DNA of 58,613 nucleotides from Chitinophagaceae bacterium (GCA_947483415.1 CANKLV010000001.1:1-58613), one strand, 5' to 3'. Counted from the first letter of the stretch, positions 1-10,749 are shown. Numbers and translations: made by a program. Notes: generated from the letters alone by a model not told the origin.

Positions 1-1
1 A

Positions 2-907
2 CTTACAGAAGAAGGTTTCCAACTGGGTAGAAAATTATTTTACGACGGCAATCTCAGTAAAGACGGTCAAGTAAGTTGTGGCAGTTGTCATCAACCATTT
101 GCCGCTTTTTCTAATTACGACCACGATTTTAGTCATGGTGTAAATAATACATTCAGTTCTAGAAATGCCCCATCATTAGCCAATGTTGCCTGGATGAATG
201 AATTGCATTGGGATGGCGCCATTAATCATCTTGAAGTGCAACCACTAGCACCAATAACTGACCCAAATGAAATGGGCGAGAATTTAGATTCGGTATTATT
301 AAAACTTCAAAAAGATACGAGTTATATCAGGATGTTTAAAGCAGCTTTTGGCGACCCAATGATCAACAGTCAACGCATGTTGAAAGCAATAGCGCAGTTT
401 GTGGGAAGCATGGTTTCATCCAACAGTAAATACGATAAAGTAATGCGTGGAGAAGCAACATTCAAAGGATACGAATTAAACGGTTACAACACCTTTAAAA
501 CCCATTGCGCATCTTGCCATAAAGAACCCTTGTTTACAGATAATAGTTTTAGAAACAACGGAATGCCATTAAATAAGAAAAAAGATATGGGCAGGTTTTC
601 GGTTACAGGTATAAAAGAAGATTCATTGAAATTTAAAGTACCCACATTACGCAATGTGCAAGTTAGTTTTCCGTATATGCATGATGGTCATTTTTTCTCT
701 TTGTATAAAGTAATGGATCACTATATCAATGGCATTGACACCACACAAAAATTATTAGATCCAGCGTTTAGAAAAAAAATAAACATGTCGAATAAAGAAA
801 AATCAGAGCTGATATATTTCTTGTACACCTTAACTGATAGCAGCTTTATAAAAAACCCACGATTTGCACCTGAGATTATTCCAGAAATAAAAAATCCACA
901 TCACTAA
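2..907 (+). CDS. Di-haem cytochrome c peroxidase (bCcP/MauG/MbnH superfamily), 5'-truncated by the window edge
   Basis: The frame is open from base 2 (LTEEGFQLGRKLFYDGNLSKDGQVSCGSCH). It has two CxxCH motifs (77-91 and CASCH), plus RNAPSLAN and FKVPTLRNV..PYMHDG. The true start lies upstream of the window. Confidence 0.9.
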   Translation, partial: LTEEGFQLGRKLFYDGNLSKDGQVSCGSCHQPFAAFSNYDHDFSHGVNNTFSSRNAPSLANVAWMNELHWDGAINHLEVQPLAPITDPNEMGENLDSVLLKLQKDTSYIRMFKAAFGDPMINSQRMLKAIAQFVGSMVSSNSKYDKVMRGEATFKGYELNGYNTFKTHCASCHKEPLFTDNSFRNNGMPLNKKKDMGRFSVTGIKEDSLKFKVPTLRNVQVSFPYMHDGHFFSLYKVMDHYINGIDTTQKLLDPAFRKKINMSNKEKSELIYFLYTLTDSSFIKNPRFAPEIIPEIKNPHH

Positions 908-958
908 AAACAAGAACTTAAAAATTATACAAGTAAATTACAAATAAAATAAAAAGAC

Positions 959-2488
959 TTGAACGGAATAAAAAAATTAGCTGGGCAAACATTATGGTAT
1001 GGACTACCCACAATAGCCAGTAGGTTTTTGGGATATCTGATGAATATGGCTTTGCCGTTTTTTATTGATTTACCAGAGAAGACAGCAGATTTGGTGCAAG
1101 TTTATACTTTGATTCCTTTTTTAAATGTGTTGTATGCTTATGGTATGGAAACGGCTTATTTTAGATTTTCTCAAACACACGATAAAACCAAATTATACAG
1201 TACGCTTTCGATTTCTTTGTTTTTTAGCACCATTTTTTTTAGCGCAATTTTATACACGCAACAGCATTTAATTGCGGGTTTAGTGGATTTAAACAAACAC
1301 CCCGAATATATTTTATGGATGATTGGCATTATTGCAGTTGACAATTTAAACACTTTACCCTTTGCCAAACTTCGTCAGGAAAATCGCCCAAAAAAATATG
1401 CATTTGCGCGAGTAGCTGGAATTTTTACGAATGTTTTTATCGTGATTTTTTTCATGGGGATTGTGCCATCAATCATTAAAAATAACCCCAACTCGTTTTT
1501 AGTTGATTTTTATAATCCCAATTTAGGCATAGGTTATTATTTGTTTGGGAACTTAATTGGAAGCATCGTTACGTTAATCATTTTATTCAAAGAAATCATC
1601 ACGATAAAATTAAAATTTAGTTTTGGTTTGTGGCGAGAAGTGATGAAATACAGTGCACCATTGATTATTGTTGGTTTGGGCGGTATGATTAATGATGTAT
1701 TGAGTAGATTGATTTACCGACATGTCGTGGATTTGCCTTCTGTTCAAGCCGATCATGAGTTGGGTATATTTGCCAATGTTTTTCGATTGGCACTTTTAAT
1801 TACAATCATGATTCAGGCTTTTAGAATGGCAGCCGAACCTTTTTTCTTCAATCAAAGTAAAAGTGAAAACGCACAAAAAACCTATGCGCGTGTGATGAAG
1901 TTTTTTGTAATTGCTTGTTGCTTTATGTTTTTGTTTATTGGCTTGTTTTTGGATGTGTTTAAATGGGTATTTCTAACATTTGCCAATCCCAATTGGACCG
2001 AAGGACTTGAGGTTGTTCCCTTACTGGCACTTGGAAATATTTTCTTAGGTATTTATTATAATCTTAGTGTTTGGTATAAACTAACCGATAAAAATAGCTA
2101 TGGTGCAATCATTACAATAATTGGCGCAGCAATCACCATCGGGTTAAATATTTTACTGATTCCTATATTGCATTACACAGGTGCCGCATTGGCTACTATT
2201 TGTTGCTATTTTTTCATGATGATTTGCAGTTATAAGCTTGGACAGAAATATTATCCAGTGCCTTATGCTGTAAAAAAACTAACGTCTTATATAGTATTGG
2301 TTGTTTTGATTTATGGGGCTCATCTTGGTCTAAACATGCTAATGAAAAACGTGCTTTGGTTTTCCATTTCAACAGGGGTAGTGTTTATGTTGTTATTTGC
2401 AAGGTTTGTAGGAAAAATTGAAGCAAAAGAATTATCTCGATTTCCCATTATCGGAAAATGGTATGGTAAAAGAGGTTTCGATTTGTAG
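959..2488 (+). CDS. Oligosaccharide flippase / polysaccharide biosynthesis MOP-family membrane protein
   Basis: 509 aa with many hydrophobic helices. The N-terminal KKLAGQTLWYG and YGMETAYFRF motifs are typical of Bacteroidota Wzx-like exporters. TTG start. Confidence 0.8.
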   Translation: MNGIKKLAGQTLWYGLPTIASRFLGYLMNMALPFFIDLPEKTADLVQVYTLIPFLNVLYAYGMETAYFRFSQTHDKTKLYSTLSISLFFSTIFFSAILYTQQHLIAGLVDLNKHPEYILWMIGIIAVDNLNTLPFAKLRQENRPKKYAFARVAGIFTNVFIVIFFMGIVPSIIKNNPNSFLVDFYNPNLGIGYYLFGNLIGSIVTLIILFKEIITIKLKFSFGLWREVMKYSAPLIIVGLGGMINDVLSRLIYRHVVDLPSVQADHELGIFANVFRLALLITIMIQAFRMAAEPFFFNQSKSENAQKTYARVMKFFVIACCFMFLFIGLFLDVFKWVFLTFANPNWTEGLEVVPLLALGNIFLGIYYNLSVWYKLTDKNSYGAIITIIGAAITIGLNILLIPILHYTGAALATICCYFFMMICSYKLGQKYYPVPYAVKKLTSYIVLVVLIYGAHLGLNMLMKNVLWFSISTGVVFMLLFARFVGKIEAKELSRFPIIGKWYGKRGFDL

Positions 2489-2495
2489 AAGGCAT

Positions 2496-2531
2496 AAAAA
2501 AAGGGCCAAGATAAAAATCTAGCCCCGCTTT
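2496..2531. terminator. Bidirectional intrinsic terminator between the flippase and icmF
   Basis: A7-GGGCCAAGAT-AAAA-ATCTAGCCCC-GCTTT hairpin between convergent genes. Confidence 0.75.
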
Positions 2532-2648
2532 AAAATCCAATATCCTATGAAAAACCGATGTAAAAGTATATGGATAAATTCAGAATGTCTTTCAATTACA
2601 ACGTCAATTTATATTCGTGAATAAAAAGAGCTTTTCCGTGTTTATTGA

Positions 2649-5600
2649 TTACATATTTCGCCTGTATTGTCCGCCTACCTGATACAACGCCTGAGTGATT
2701 TGTCCCAAACTACAGTATTTTACCGTTTCCATTAATGCATCAAATAAGTTTCCATTTTGTATGGCCACTTGTTGCAATGTTTTAAGCATTTCTGCAGATT
2801 TATTTTGATGTCTATGTTTAAATGCTTCTAAGGTTGCTATTTGGAATTCTTTTTCGATAGTGGTAGATCGAATAACTTCGGTTGGCAAAATGGTAGGCGA
2901 ACCTTTTTTACTTAAAAAAGTATTTACCCCAACGATAGGGTATTCGCCGGTATGTTTTAATGTTTCATAATGCAAGCTTTCTTCCTGAATTTTATTACGT
3001 TGATACATTCTTTCCATCGCTCCCAACACGCCACCTCTTTCTGTAATTCTGTTAAACTCAGTCATTACAGCATGTTCAACAAGTTCTGTCATTTCTTCAA
3101 TAAGAAAAGAACCTTGATTTGGATTTTCATTTTTTGCTGTTCCCAATTCTCTGTTGATGATTAATTGAATCGCCATCGCTCTTCTTACACTTTCTTCTGT
3201 TGGCGTTGTAATGGCTTCATCGTAAGCGTTGGTATGTAGAGAATTACAATTGTCGTAAATGGCATATAAAGCTTGTAATGTAGTACGGATGTCGTTGAAA
3301 TCGATTTCCTGTGCGTGCAAACTTCGTCCACTGGTTTGAATATGGTATTTCAATTTTTGGCTACGGCTATTGGCGTTGTATTTATTTTTCATGGCTTTAG
3401 CCCAAATGCGACGGGCAACACGTCCGATAACGCTATATTCGGGATCCATTCCATTGCTAAAAAAGAAAGACAAATTCGGAGCGAAGTCGTCGATGTTCAT
3501 ACCTCTACTCAAATAATATTCAACATATGTAAATCCGTTTGCCAAAGTAAATGCCAATTGAGTTATCGGATTTGCACCAGCTTCGGCAATATGATATCCA
3601 CTAATACTAACGCTGTAAAAGTTTTCAACCTGATGTTGAATGAAATACTGCTGAACATCTCCCATTAACTTCAATGCAAACTCTGTAGAAAATATACAAG
3701 TATTCTGTGCTTGATCCTCTTTTAAAATATCTGCTTGAACGGTGCCTCTTACGGTTGAAAGTGCTTTTGCTTTCAACTTTTCATATACTTCTTTTGGTAA
3801 AACATCTTCTCCGCTCAATCCCAGCAAACGTATGCCTAAACCATTATTCCCAGTTGGCAATGCTCCAGCCATTTCTCCTTTTATCGGCGTTACTTCATTT
3901 CCATCAGTGCCAATATATTTCGGCAAATTATTTAATTTAAATTTAGCTTCGATAATTTTATTCACCTCTTCTTTTAAATTATTTTCAATAATGTATTTTT
4001 CACATTGTTGGTCGATTGCAGCGTTCATGAAAAATGCGAGCAAAATCGGCGCAGGTCCATTAATGGTCATACTTACCGATGTTTTTGGGTCGCACAAATC
4101 AAAGCCGCTGTATAATTTTTTTGCATCATCAATCGTTGCAATACTTACACCACTATTTCCAATTTTGCCATAAATATCTGGTCTTAATGTAGGATCCTCG
4201 CCATATAAAGTAACGCTATCAAATGCAGTACTTAAACGCTTTGCCGGTTGACCAACACTTACATAGTGAAACCTTCTATTTGTCCGCTCAGGTCCACCTT
4301 CGCCAGCAAACATTCTGGTTGGATCTTCGCCATCTCTTTTTAATGGAAACACACCAGCGGTGTATGGAAATTCTCCAGGAACATTTTCTTGAAGTTGCCA
4401 TTGCAAAATATCGCCCCAATCTTTATAAGTTGGCAAATAAACTTTAGATATTTTAGATCCAGATAAGCTTTCATAAATTAAAGGCTGCTTAATAATTTTA
4501 TCCCTTACCTGAAATTCATAATTGGGTTTTTTATATCGTTCGCAAACTGAATGCCAATTCGTAATTAGCTTTTTATTTTCAACCGTAATTTTAGATTCAA
4601 TTTCATGCAGAGCTTTTTCTAAAGCCACTTTTGTTTCATGATTGATTTCTGACTTTAGTGTTTGTAGTGTTCCAGAAATTTGATACCATTTACTCGCAAG
4701 TTCACTCTGTGCTTTGGTTTGAGTGTCATACGCATAAATGGTTTCTGCAATTTCTGAAAGATATCTAACCCTACTTGCAGGAATTACAGTAGAAGGAATA
4801 TTGGATTCAATTTTTAATATTCCTGAATTTGAAGCACTAAAATCGATTCCTGTTTTTTCGGTTATTTTTTGCATCAACAACTTAAACAATTCATTTACAC
4901 CTGCATCATTAAATTGTGCCGCAATAGAACCAACAATTGGAAGCTCTTCATCTTTAGCACTCCAAAGTCCGTGGTTACGTTTGAATTGTTTGCGCACATC
5001 ATGAAGCGCATCTAAAGCACCGGCTTTGTCAAATTTATTTACACACACCACATCGGCATAATCAAGCATGTTTATTTTTTCCAATTGAGAAGGCGCCCCA
5101 TATTCTGGCGTCATCACATACATGCTTACTTTACAATAGTCCAAAATAGAAGCATCGCTTTGTCCAACACCTGCTGATTCCAAAATAATAAAATCGTATC
5201 CAGCTTCTTTGCAGATGTCAATTGCATCTTGAACATATTTGCTCAATGCTTTATCGCTTTCTCTTGTAGCCAAACTGCGCATGTACACTCTTGGAGAAGA
5301 GATTGAATTCATACGAATACGATCGCCCAATAAAGCACCACCAGTTTTTTTCTTTGATGGATCTACCGAAATAACGGCAATCGTTTTGTCTGTATAATTC
5401 TGCAAAAAACGTCTTACGATTTCATCTGTAACCGAAGATTTTCCTGCGCCACCTGTTCCGGTAATACCCAAAACAGGCGTAGTGGATTTTTTAATTATGT
5501 TTTGATTTACTCCAGCAAAACAATCATTTTCAGCTTGAGTTATTTTTCTTGCCACATAACGAACATCAATTAACTCGCCCAATGTCATTGGGTTTTCATA

Positions 5601-6044
5601 TTTAGCCTCATGTGTTACGCCAAAATCACATTGATTCAATAAATCTTCAATCATGCCTTCTAAGCCCATTGTTCTACCATCATCCGGAGAATAAATTCGG
5701 GTGATGCCATATTGGTGTAATTCTTCTATTTCATCTGGTAAAATGGTACCACCTCCACCGCCAAATATTTTTATATGCCCACATCCATTTTCTTCCAATA
5801 AATCTTTTATGTATTTAAAAAACTCAACGTGCCCACCTTGATAGCTCGTAATGGCTATTCCTTGAACATCCTCTTCAATGGCACATTCTACAATTTCAGC
5901 TACACTTCTGTTATGTCCGAGGTGAATAATTTCGGCACCTTTACTTTGAAGAATACGCCTCATTATATTTATGGCAGCATCATGACCATCAAATAAAGAA
6001 GCCGCTGTAACAATGCGAATTTTATGTTTGGTAGAAAAGCTCAT
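2649..6044 (-). CDS. icmF: Fused isobutyryl-CoA mutase / MeaI GTPase chaperone (AdoCbl-dependent)
   Basis: N-terminal B12-binding domain (DGHDAA), P-loop GTGGAGKSS, and a mutase barrel with RMFAGEG (Phe, as in IcmF, rather than the Tyr of MCM). 1131 aa. Confidence 0.92.
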   Translation of the reverse strand: MSFSTKHKIRIVTAASLFDGHDAAINIMRRILQSKGAEIIHLGHNRSVAEIVECAIEEDVQGIAITSYQGGHVEFFKYIKDLLEENGCGHIKIFGGGGGTILPDEIEELHQYGITRIYSPDDGRTMGLEGMIEDLLNQCDFGVTHEAKYENPMTLGELIDVRYVARKITQAENDCFAGVNQNIIKKSTTPVLGITGTGGAGKSSVTDEIVRRFLQNYTDKTIAVISVDPSKKKTGGALLGDRIRMNSISSPRVYMRSLATRESDKALSKYVQDAIDICKEAGYDFIILESAGVGQSDASILDYCKVSMYVMTPEYGAPSQLEKINMLDYADVVCVNKFDKAGALDALHDVRKQFKRNHGLWSAKDEELPIVGSIAAQFNDAGVNELFKLLMQKITEKTGIDFSASNSGILKIESNIPSTVIPASRVRYLSEIAETIYAYDTQTKAQSELASKWYQISGTLQTLKSEINHETKVALEKALHEIESKITVENKKLITNWHSVCERYKKPNYEFQVRDKIIKQPLIYESLSGSKISKVYLPTYKDWGDILQWQLQENVPGEFPYTAGVFPLKRDGEDPTRMFAGEGGPERTNRRFHYVSVGQPAKRLSTAFDSVTLYGEDPTLRPDIYGKIGNSGVSIATIDDAKKLYSGFDLCDPKTSVSMTINGPAPILLAFFMNAAIDQQCEKYIIENNLKEEVNKIIEAKFKLNNLPKYIGTDGNEVTPIKGEMAGALPTGNNGLGIRLLGLSGEDVLPKEVYEKLKAKALSTVRGTVQADILKEDQAQNTCIFSTEFALKLMGDVQQYFIQHQVENFYSVSISGYHIAEAGANPITQLAFTLANGFTYVEYYLSRGMNIDDFAPNLSFFFSNGMDPEYSVIGRVARRIWAKAMKNKYNANSRSQKLKYHIQTSGRSLHAQEIDFNDIRTTLQALYAIYDNCNSLHTNAYDEAITTPTEESVRRAMAIQLIINRELGTAKNENPNQGSFLIEEMTELVEHAVMTEFNRITERGGVLGAMERMYQRNKIQEESLHYETLKHTGEYPIVGVNTFLSKKGSPTILPTEVIRSTTIEKEFQIATLEAFKHRHQNKSAEMLKTLQQVAIQNGNLFDALMETVKYCSLGQITQALYQVGGQYRRNM

Positions 6045-6132
6045 TGCGGTTTTAGGTTTTAATTTTTATAAACAACTTTTTTAGATAATATTAAATTATC
6101 GGGTTGTAATCGCCTCTAAATTATAACGGGGA

Positions 6133-6140
6133 CAAAATTA
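6133..6140 (-). promoter_or_regulatory. Bacteroidota sigma70 -7 element for icmF
   Basis: TAATTTTG on the minus strand matches TAnnTTTG, about 90 nt upstream of the ATG. Confidence 0.5.
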
Positions 6141-6176
6141 CAGATAAAAAGGTGCAAAAAAATTAATTAAACGCAA

Positions 6177-6932
6177 TTATGAAGTCATGCGAAAAGTAAG
6201 TGCAGCAAATTCTTGAATAGATAAAGCTTCAGCTCTTTTATTAAAAATCTCATCTTGTAAAACTTCTGCAGAAAACTGCGCTTTTAAAGCGTTTCTCAAC
6301 GTTTTTCTGCGTTGATTAAAAGCAGCTTTCACCAAAACCTTATACGAACGCTCAGATTTTACGTCAAGCGGCGTTTTTCTTCTGGTTAATCTAATTACAC
6401 CACTCATCACTTTTGGTGGAGGATTAAAACATTCGGGTGCTACATCAAACAAATATTCTACATCATAATACGCTTGAATTAAAGCACTCAGTACACCGTA
6501 AACTTTTGAGCCAGGTGCTGATGCGGCACGTTGGGCCACTTCTTTTTGAAACATGCCAATAACAACGGGAACTTGATCTTTCCAGTCAATTACTTTAAAT
6601 AAAATTTGGGTAGAAATATTATACGGGAAGTTTCCAATAACGGTAAATGGTTCGTCAAATGGAATTGCCGTTTGCAAAAAATCATCAGCAATTATTTTAT
6701 CAGATAAAACAGGGTATTTGTTTTTTAAATAAGCTATTTTCTCATCATCCAATTCAACCGCTTTGAAATCGATGTTCTCTAATTTAATTAAATACTGCGT
6801 TAAAGCACCCGCTCCCGGACCAACCTCCAACAAATTTGTAAAAGGATGCATAGCTAAGGTTGCCATTATCTTTTCTAGTGTAGGCGCGTCTTTCAGAAAA
6901 TGCTGTCCCAGCGATTTTTTTATAGTGTACAT
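6177..6932 (-). CDS. rsmA: 16S rRNA m6,2A dimethyltransferase
   Basis: KKSLGQHFL, LEVGPGAG, GNFPYNIS, MFQKEVA, FNPPPKV and FNQRRKTLRN motifs. Confidence 0.96.
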   Translation of the reverse strand: MYTIKKSLGQHFLKDAPTLEKIMATLAMHPFTNLLEVGPGAGALTQYLIKLENIDFKAVELDDEKIAYLKNKYPVLSDKIIADDFLQTAIPFDEPFTVIGNFPYNISTQILFKVIDWKDQVPVVIGMFQKEVAQRAASAPGSKVYGVLSALIQAYYDVEYLFDVAPECFNPPPKVMSGVIRLTRRKTPLDVKSERSYKVLVKAAFNQRRKTLRNALKAQFSAEVLQDEIFNKRAEALSIQEFAALTFRMTS

Positions 6933-6937
6933 CAGAA

Positions 6938-6945
6938 CAAAGATA
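6938..6945 (-). promoter_or_regulatory. Bacteroidota -7 promoter element for rsmA
   Basis: TATCTTTG on the minus strand, 5 nt before the ATG. Confidence 0.55.
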
Positions 6946-6982
6946 AGGGGATAATGCTAGATGCTTAGATGGCATTAAGTCC

Positions 6983-7017
6983 AACAAACAATAAACAACA
7001 AACAATAAACAACAAAC
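6983..7017. repeat. Heptamer tandem repeat (AAYAAAC)x5
   Basis: AACAAAC AATAAAC AACAAAC AATAAAC AACAAAC. Confidence 0.85.
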
Positions 7018-7054
7018 CTTTTTTCGTATTTTTACCGCTCAATTTATAAAACGC

Positions 7055-8149
7055 ATGAGTGTAATAGCAGATCAAAAGCCAATTATTGGATTCAGTTGTG
7101 GTGATATCAACGGAATTGGAATCGAATTAATCATTAAAGTATTGAACGACAATCGGATACTTGACATTTGCACACCGGTTATTTTTGGAAATAACAAGGC
7201 CATTAATTTTTATAGAAAATCATTGCCTGATGTAAATATCAACTTCTCGATTATCAAAGATTCTACAAAAATAAATCCTAAGCAGGTTAATGTATTTCAT
7301 GTTTGGGAAGAAGATGTTGCCATTACACCAGGTGAAATGAACGATACCGGCGGAAAGTATGCTATTTTAAGCCTTTCCGCTGCTGCCGAAGCATTGAAAG
7401 CTGGAAAAATTGACGGCTTGGTTACAGCGCCTATTCACAAAAAAAATATTCAGTCTGATGCATTCAACCACACCGGACATACCCCATATTTACAAAAACT
7501 GTTTGGCGTTCAAGATCTAGTGATGTTGATGGTTGCAGAAAATATGAAGATAGGTTTACTCACAGAACATTTGCCCGTAAAAGACGTAGCTCAGGTGATT
7601 ACAAAAGAAAAAATACTTAGCAAGCTTAATCTTATCAATCAATCTTTAAGAAGAGATTTCAATATCGTAAAACCTAAAATTGCGATTTTGGGTTTAAATC
7701 CACATGCTGGTGATGAAGGATTAATTGGAAAAGAAGAAATTGAAATTATAAAACCAGCTATTCAATTGGCTAAAACAAAAGATATATTTTGCTTTGGTCC
7801 TTATAGCGCAGATGCATTCTTCGCAAGAGGCCAATATGAAAAATTTGATGCCGTACTTGCATTATATCACGATCAAGGATTGATTCCTTTTAAATCACTT
7901 TCATTAGGTGAAGGCGTAAACTTTACAGCAGGCTTAACAGGAGTTAGAACCTCTCCAGATCATGGAACCGCTTTTGATATTGCTGGAAAAGGCATTGCAG
8001 ATGAAACATCAATGCGTCAAGCGCTTTTCAGTTGTATCGATATTATTAATAATAGAAAAGAATACGATACCCAACGGACTAATCCTCTAAGGAAATTGAG
8101 TAAGAATGTGTTGGCAAATGCAGTTGATGAGAAAATTTTAGAAGATTAA
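7055..8149 (+). CDS. pdxA: 4-hydroxythreonine-4-phosphate dehydrogenase
   Basis: GDINGIG, VTAPIHK, GHT, GLNPHAG, YHDQGLIPFK and RTSPDHGTAFDIAGKG motifs. Confidence 0.95.
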   Translation: MSVIADQKPIIGFSCGDINGIGIELIIKVLNDNRILDICTPVIFGNNKAINFYRKSLPDVNINFSIIKDSTKINPKQVNVFHVWEEDVAITPGEMNDTGGKYAILSLSAAAEALKAGKIDGLVTAPIHKKNIQSDAFNHTGHTPYLQKLFGVQDLVMLMVAENMKIGLLTEHLPVKDVAQVITKEKILSKLNLINQSLRRDFNIVKPKIAILGLNPHAGDEGLIGKEEIEIIKPAIQLAKTKDIFCFGPYSADAFFARGQYEKFDAVLALYHDQGLIPFKSLSLGEGVNFTAGLTGVRTSPDHGTAFDIAGKGIADETSMRQALFSCIDIINNRKEYDTQRTNPLRKLSKNVLANAVDEKILED

Positions 8150-8160
8150 ATGTTTCGTTT

Positions 8161-8859
8161 TTAATTAAAAAAAACATCCGCAATTCCTTTGTTGATGATG
8201 TAACTGTTAATGGTTATTTCTGCCTGTCCTTTTTTGTTTTTCAAATCGGTAGATGCTTTTTTTGTTTCTGCTCCATCATCAAAATCAAACGTAATTCCTT
8301 TAGGTAATTTGTAATCTTTTGTATTAAAAGAGAAAAGAATTTTGTCCGGCAAACCGTATTTTAAATAATTTTTGTACACCATTTCAAGCTCATAAGTTCC
8401 GTTTTCTCTGGTAGTGGTTTTGCTTTTTAAAATAACCAAATTGACTGGATCAATATAAAGTGTAGAAAGTACAATGTCGTTGTTATCTTCGTTGGGCAGC
8501 AGGCGAGCGATTCTTACTAATGTGTTTCCCATTTTTTCTGTACCTGCATCTATAATGGTATAGTTGTTTACTGCAAATAAATTATTCATGTTCAAACTCA
8601 TAGCGCCTTTTGGAACAAATGAAACGCCTTTTTCACTTTTCAATTTAAGTTTGTTTGGTCGCTTAAAATACATTTTTACATTGGCAATCGGGATTTTAAG
8701 AAACGCAACATTTGTTTTCATTTTTCCAGATGCTTCATAATCTGAAACCAATTCGATTTTCTTTTTTACTTGAGATACAATTTGATTGATATCTTGAGCA
8801 GTAGCACAAATAGGGATAATTATTGTGAGGATAAAAGTTGTAATCAATGTTTTAATCAT
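8161..8859 (-). CDS. Secreted LolA-like (outer-membrane lipoprotein carrier fold) protein
   Basis: Sec signal ending ATA-Q. The YFKRPNKLKL and LYIDP motifs and beta-rich pattern resemble LolA-like proteins. Confidence 0.55.
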   Translation of the reverse strand: MIKTLITTFILTIIIPICATAQDINQIVSQVKKKIELVSDYEASGKMKTNVAFLKIPIANVKMYFKRPNKLKLKSEKGVSFVPKGAMSLNMNNLFAVNNYTIIDAGTEKMGNTLVRIARLLPNEDNNDIVLSTLYIDPVNLVILKSKTTTRENGTYELEMVYKNYLKYGLPDKILFSFNTKDYKLPKGITFDFDDGAETKKASTDLKNKKGQAEITINSYIINKGIADVFFN

Positions 8860-8870
8860 GGGTAATTTTT

Positions 8871-9764
8871 TTAGGATAAAATATCTTTTTTTCTAAAAAC
8901 GGCAATTGCAATGCCAAGAAACAAAGCAATATGAGCGAATAATATGGTTAAGCTTTTTCTAATCGCACCCCAATTTTCAATGCTGCCTTTTATGGGTTGT
9001 CCATCATCATTAATGCCAATGTAAAAAAATCCTTTCCATCCCACCAAATAAGAAGTGAATAAATACGGCTTTACATTTTTATCAATAATCGGCACATTTA
9101 AATTAGAAACGATGGTAAAAAAAATAACGATACAAACTGTGGCAACAATAGGTCCGATAGAGTTTTCTGCAAAAACAGAAAGTAAAATGGAAAGGGCTGC
9201 AATCACAGTAAGCGCAATGGCGGCATAACCAAAAGCCGCAAAATATCTCCACAAAATATCGTCTTTGGTAATTTGTAAAATCTGTGATTCTTCGCCCTTT
9301 GCCCTGAAGATGAGCATGTCATCCACACCGAAAATAGCCATACTCAAAAAAAGTGCAATCATCGCCATCCAAATTAATAACACAACCGTAAAAATAAATG
9401 AGGCAAAAAATTTAACCAACAACAAATGTGTACGACTTATGGGCTTGGTCAATAACAACCTTAATGTGCCCATGTTGGCTTCTCCCGAAATGGCATCACC
9501 GGCAATTAACGCTACTAATATTGGAACCTGAACCAGCAATGTGTTTAATATGATATAACACATGAAATATCCATTGATGGCTTTTGATTTGTCTAGCTCA
9601 AAATTATCCTGAATGTTTTGCATCATTAAATTCATATAGCTTTCTCCATCTGCTTTAAATGCAAATTGAAAAATCATCACAATAGCTGCAATAGCAGCAA
9701 ATGCTATATAAGTTCGCGGACGCTTTGAGATTTTAAATAATTCTATTTGAAGCAGATTCCACAT
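8871..9764 (-). CDS. ABC-2 type transporter permease
   Basis: IELFKI N-terminus, ISGEANMGTLRLLLTKPISR motif, FRKKDI C-terminus, about 6 TM segments. Confidence 0.88.
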   Translation of the reverse strand: MWNLLQIELFKISKRPRTYIAFAAIAAIVMIFQFAFKADGESYMNLMMQNIQDNFELDKSKAINGYFMCYIILNTLLVQVPILVALIAGDAISGEANMGTLRLLLTKPISRTHLLLVKFFASFIFTVVLLIWMAMIALFLSMAIFGVDDMLIFRAKGEESQILQITKDDILWRYFAAFGYAAIALTVIAALSILLSVFAENSIGPIVATVCIVIFFTIVSNLNVPIIDKNVKPYLFTSYLVGWKGFFYIGINDDGQPIKGSIENWGAIRKSLTILFAHIALFLGIAIAVFRKKDILS

Positions 9765-9765
9765 A

Positions 9766-10674
9766 TTATGCAGTTTTAGTTAAATTCAAAAAATAATCTT
9801 CTAGTGAATGCCTTGGTGTAACTGCAATAATTTGAACATTTGTATCCACCATAAATTTTATTAAAGAGGAGATTTCAATTTTATTTATGGTCAAATGAAG
9901 TTTATCGTTGTTGTCTACAACCATTGTTGCAAACGCCGAATTTTTTAAAACAGACTTTGCAAATTCATTATCTGTTGTTTCAATTTCTACTAATGTCTTT
10001 GATGGATCGAGCAAATCTTTTACAAAACCTTCTACAATTTTTTTCCCTTTGTGAATTACAATCATTCTGTTTGCAATCAATTCTATTTCACTTAGAAGAT
10101 GAGAAGAAACCACAACTGTTTTTCCCATTTCGGTACTTAGTTTTAAAATTAAATGTCTAATATCTGCAATGCCTTGAGGGTCTAAACCATTCGTGGGCTC
10201 GTCCAAAATAATTAAATCAGGATTGTGCACTAAAGCAATGCCAATTCCTAATCTTTGTTTCATTCCCTGGCTATATGTTTTCACCTTACTCTTACTCCGG
10301 TCTGCAAGCCCAACCATATCTAGTTGGTCCATCAATAATTTATGTGTAACATTTACGTTGCTCATTTTGGCAAACAATTTTAGATTTTCGTAAGCAGTTA
10401 AGTATTTATATAAATCAGGACGTTCAATTACAGCGCCAATTTTCGACAATATTTCGTGTCTGTTTTTATTAAGTGGTTTGCCGAAGATATTTATATCACC
10501 CGAAGTTGGCTCAATCAAAGTAAGCATCATTCGTATCGTGGTAGATTTCCCAGCGCCGTTTTGTCCTAAAAAACCATACACATCGCCACTATTTACAGAG
10601 AACGACAAATCATCAACAGCATTAATGTCTTTGTATTTTTTTGAGAGATGATTTATTTCAAGAATTTTATTCAT
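9766..10674 (-). CDS. ABC transporter ATP-binding protein (BcrA/YhcH-like)
   Basis: Walker A GQNGAGKST, signature YSQGMKQRL, Walker B ILDEPTNGLDP, SSH. Confidence 0.92.
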   Translation of the reverse strand: MNKILEINHLSKKYKDINAVDDLSFSVNSGDVYGFLGQNGAGKSTTIRMMLTLIEPTSGDINIFGKPLNKNRHEILSKIGAVIERPDLYKYLTAYENLKLFAKMSNVNVTHKLLMDQLDMVGLADRSKSKVKTYSQGMKQRLGIGIALVHNPDLIILDEPTNGLDPQGIADIRHLILKLSTEMGKTVVVSSHLLSEIELIANRMIVIHKGKKIVEGFVKDLLDPSKTLVEIETTDNEFAKSVLKNSAFATMVVDNNDKLHLTINKIEISSLIKFMVDTNVQIIAVTPRHSLEDYFLNLTKTA

Positions 10675-10749
10675 AAAAATTTATAACACTATAAAATTAA
10701 TAAAGTTTATCTACTCCTAGTTTTCTATGCAGAAGATTGATTAAAAAAC

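Noticed and set aside
2970-5004. Several plus-strand ORFs (64-143 aa) opposite icmF
   Set aside because: Antisense shadows of a long well-conserved gene with no recognisable motifs. The same applies to the shadow ORFs over nrdJ, dxs, eno, ftsQ, ftsA and ftsZ.
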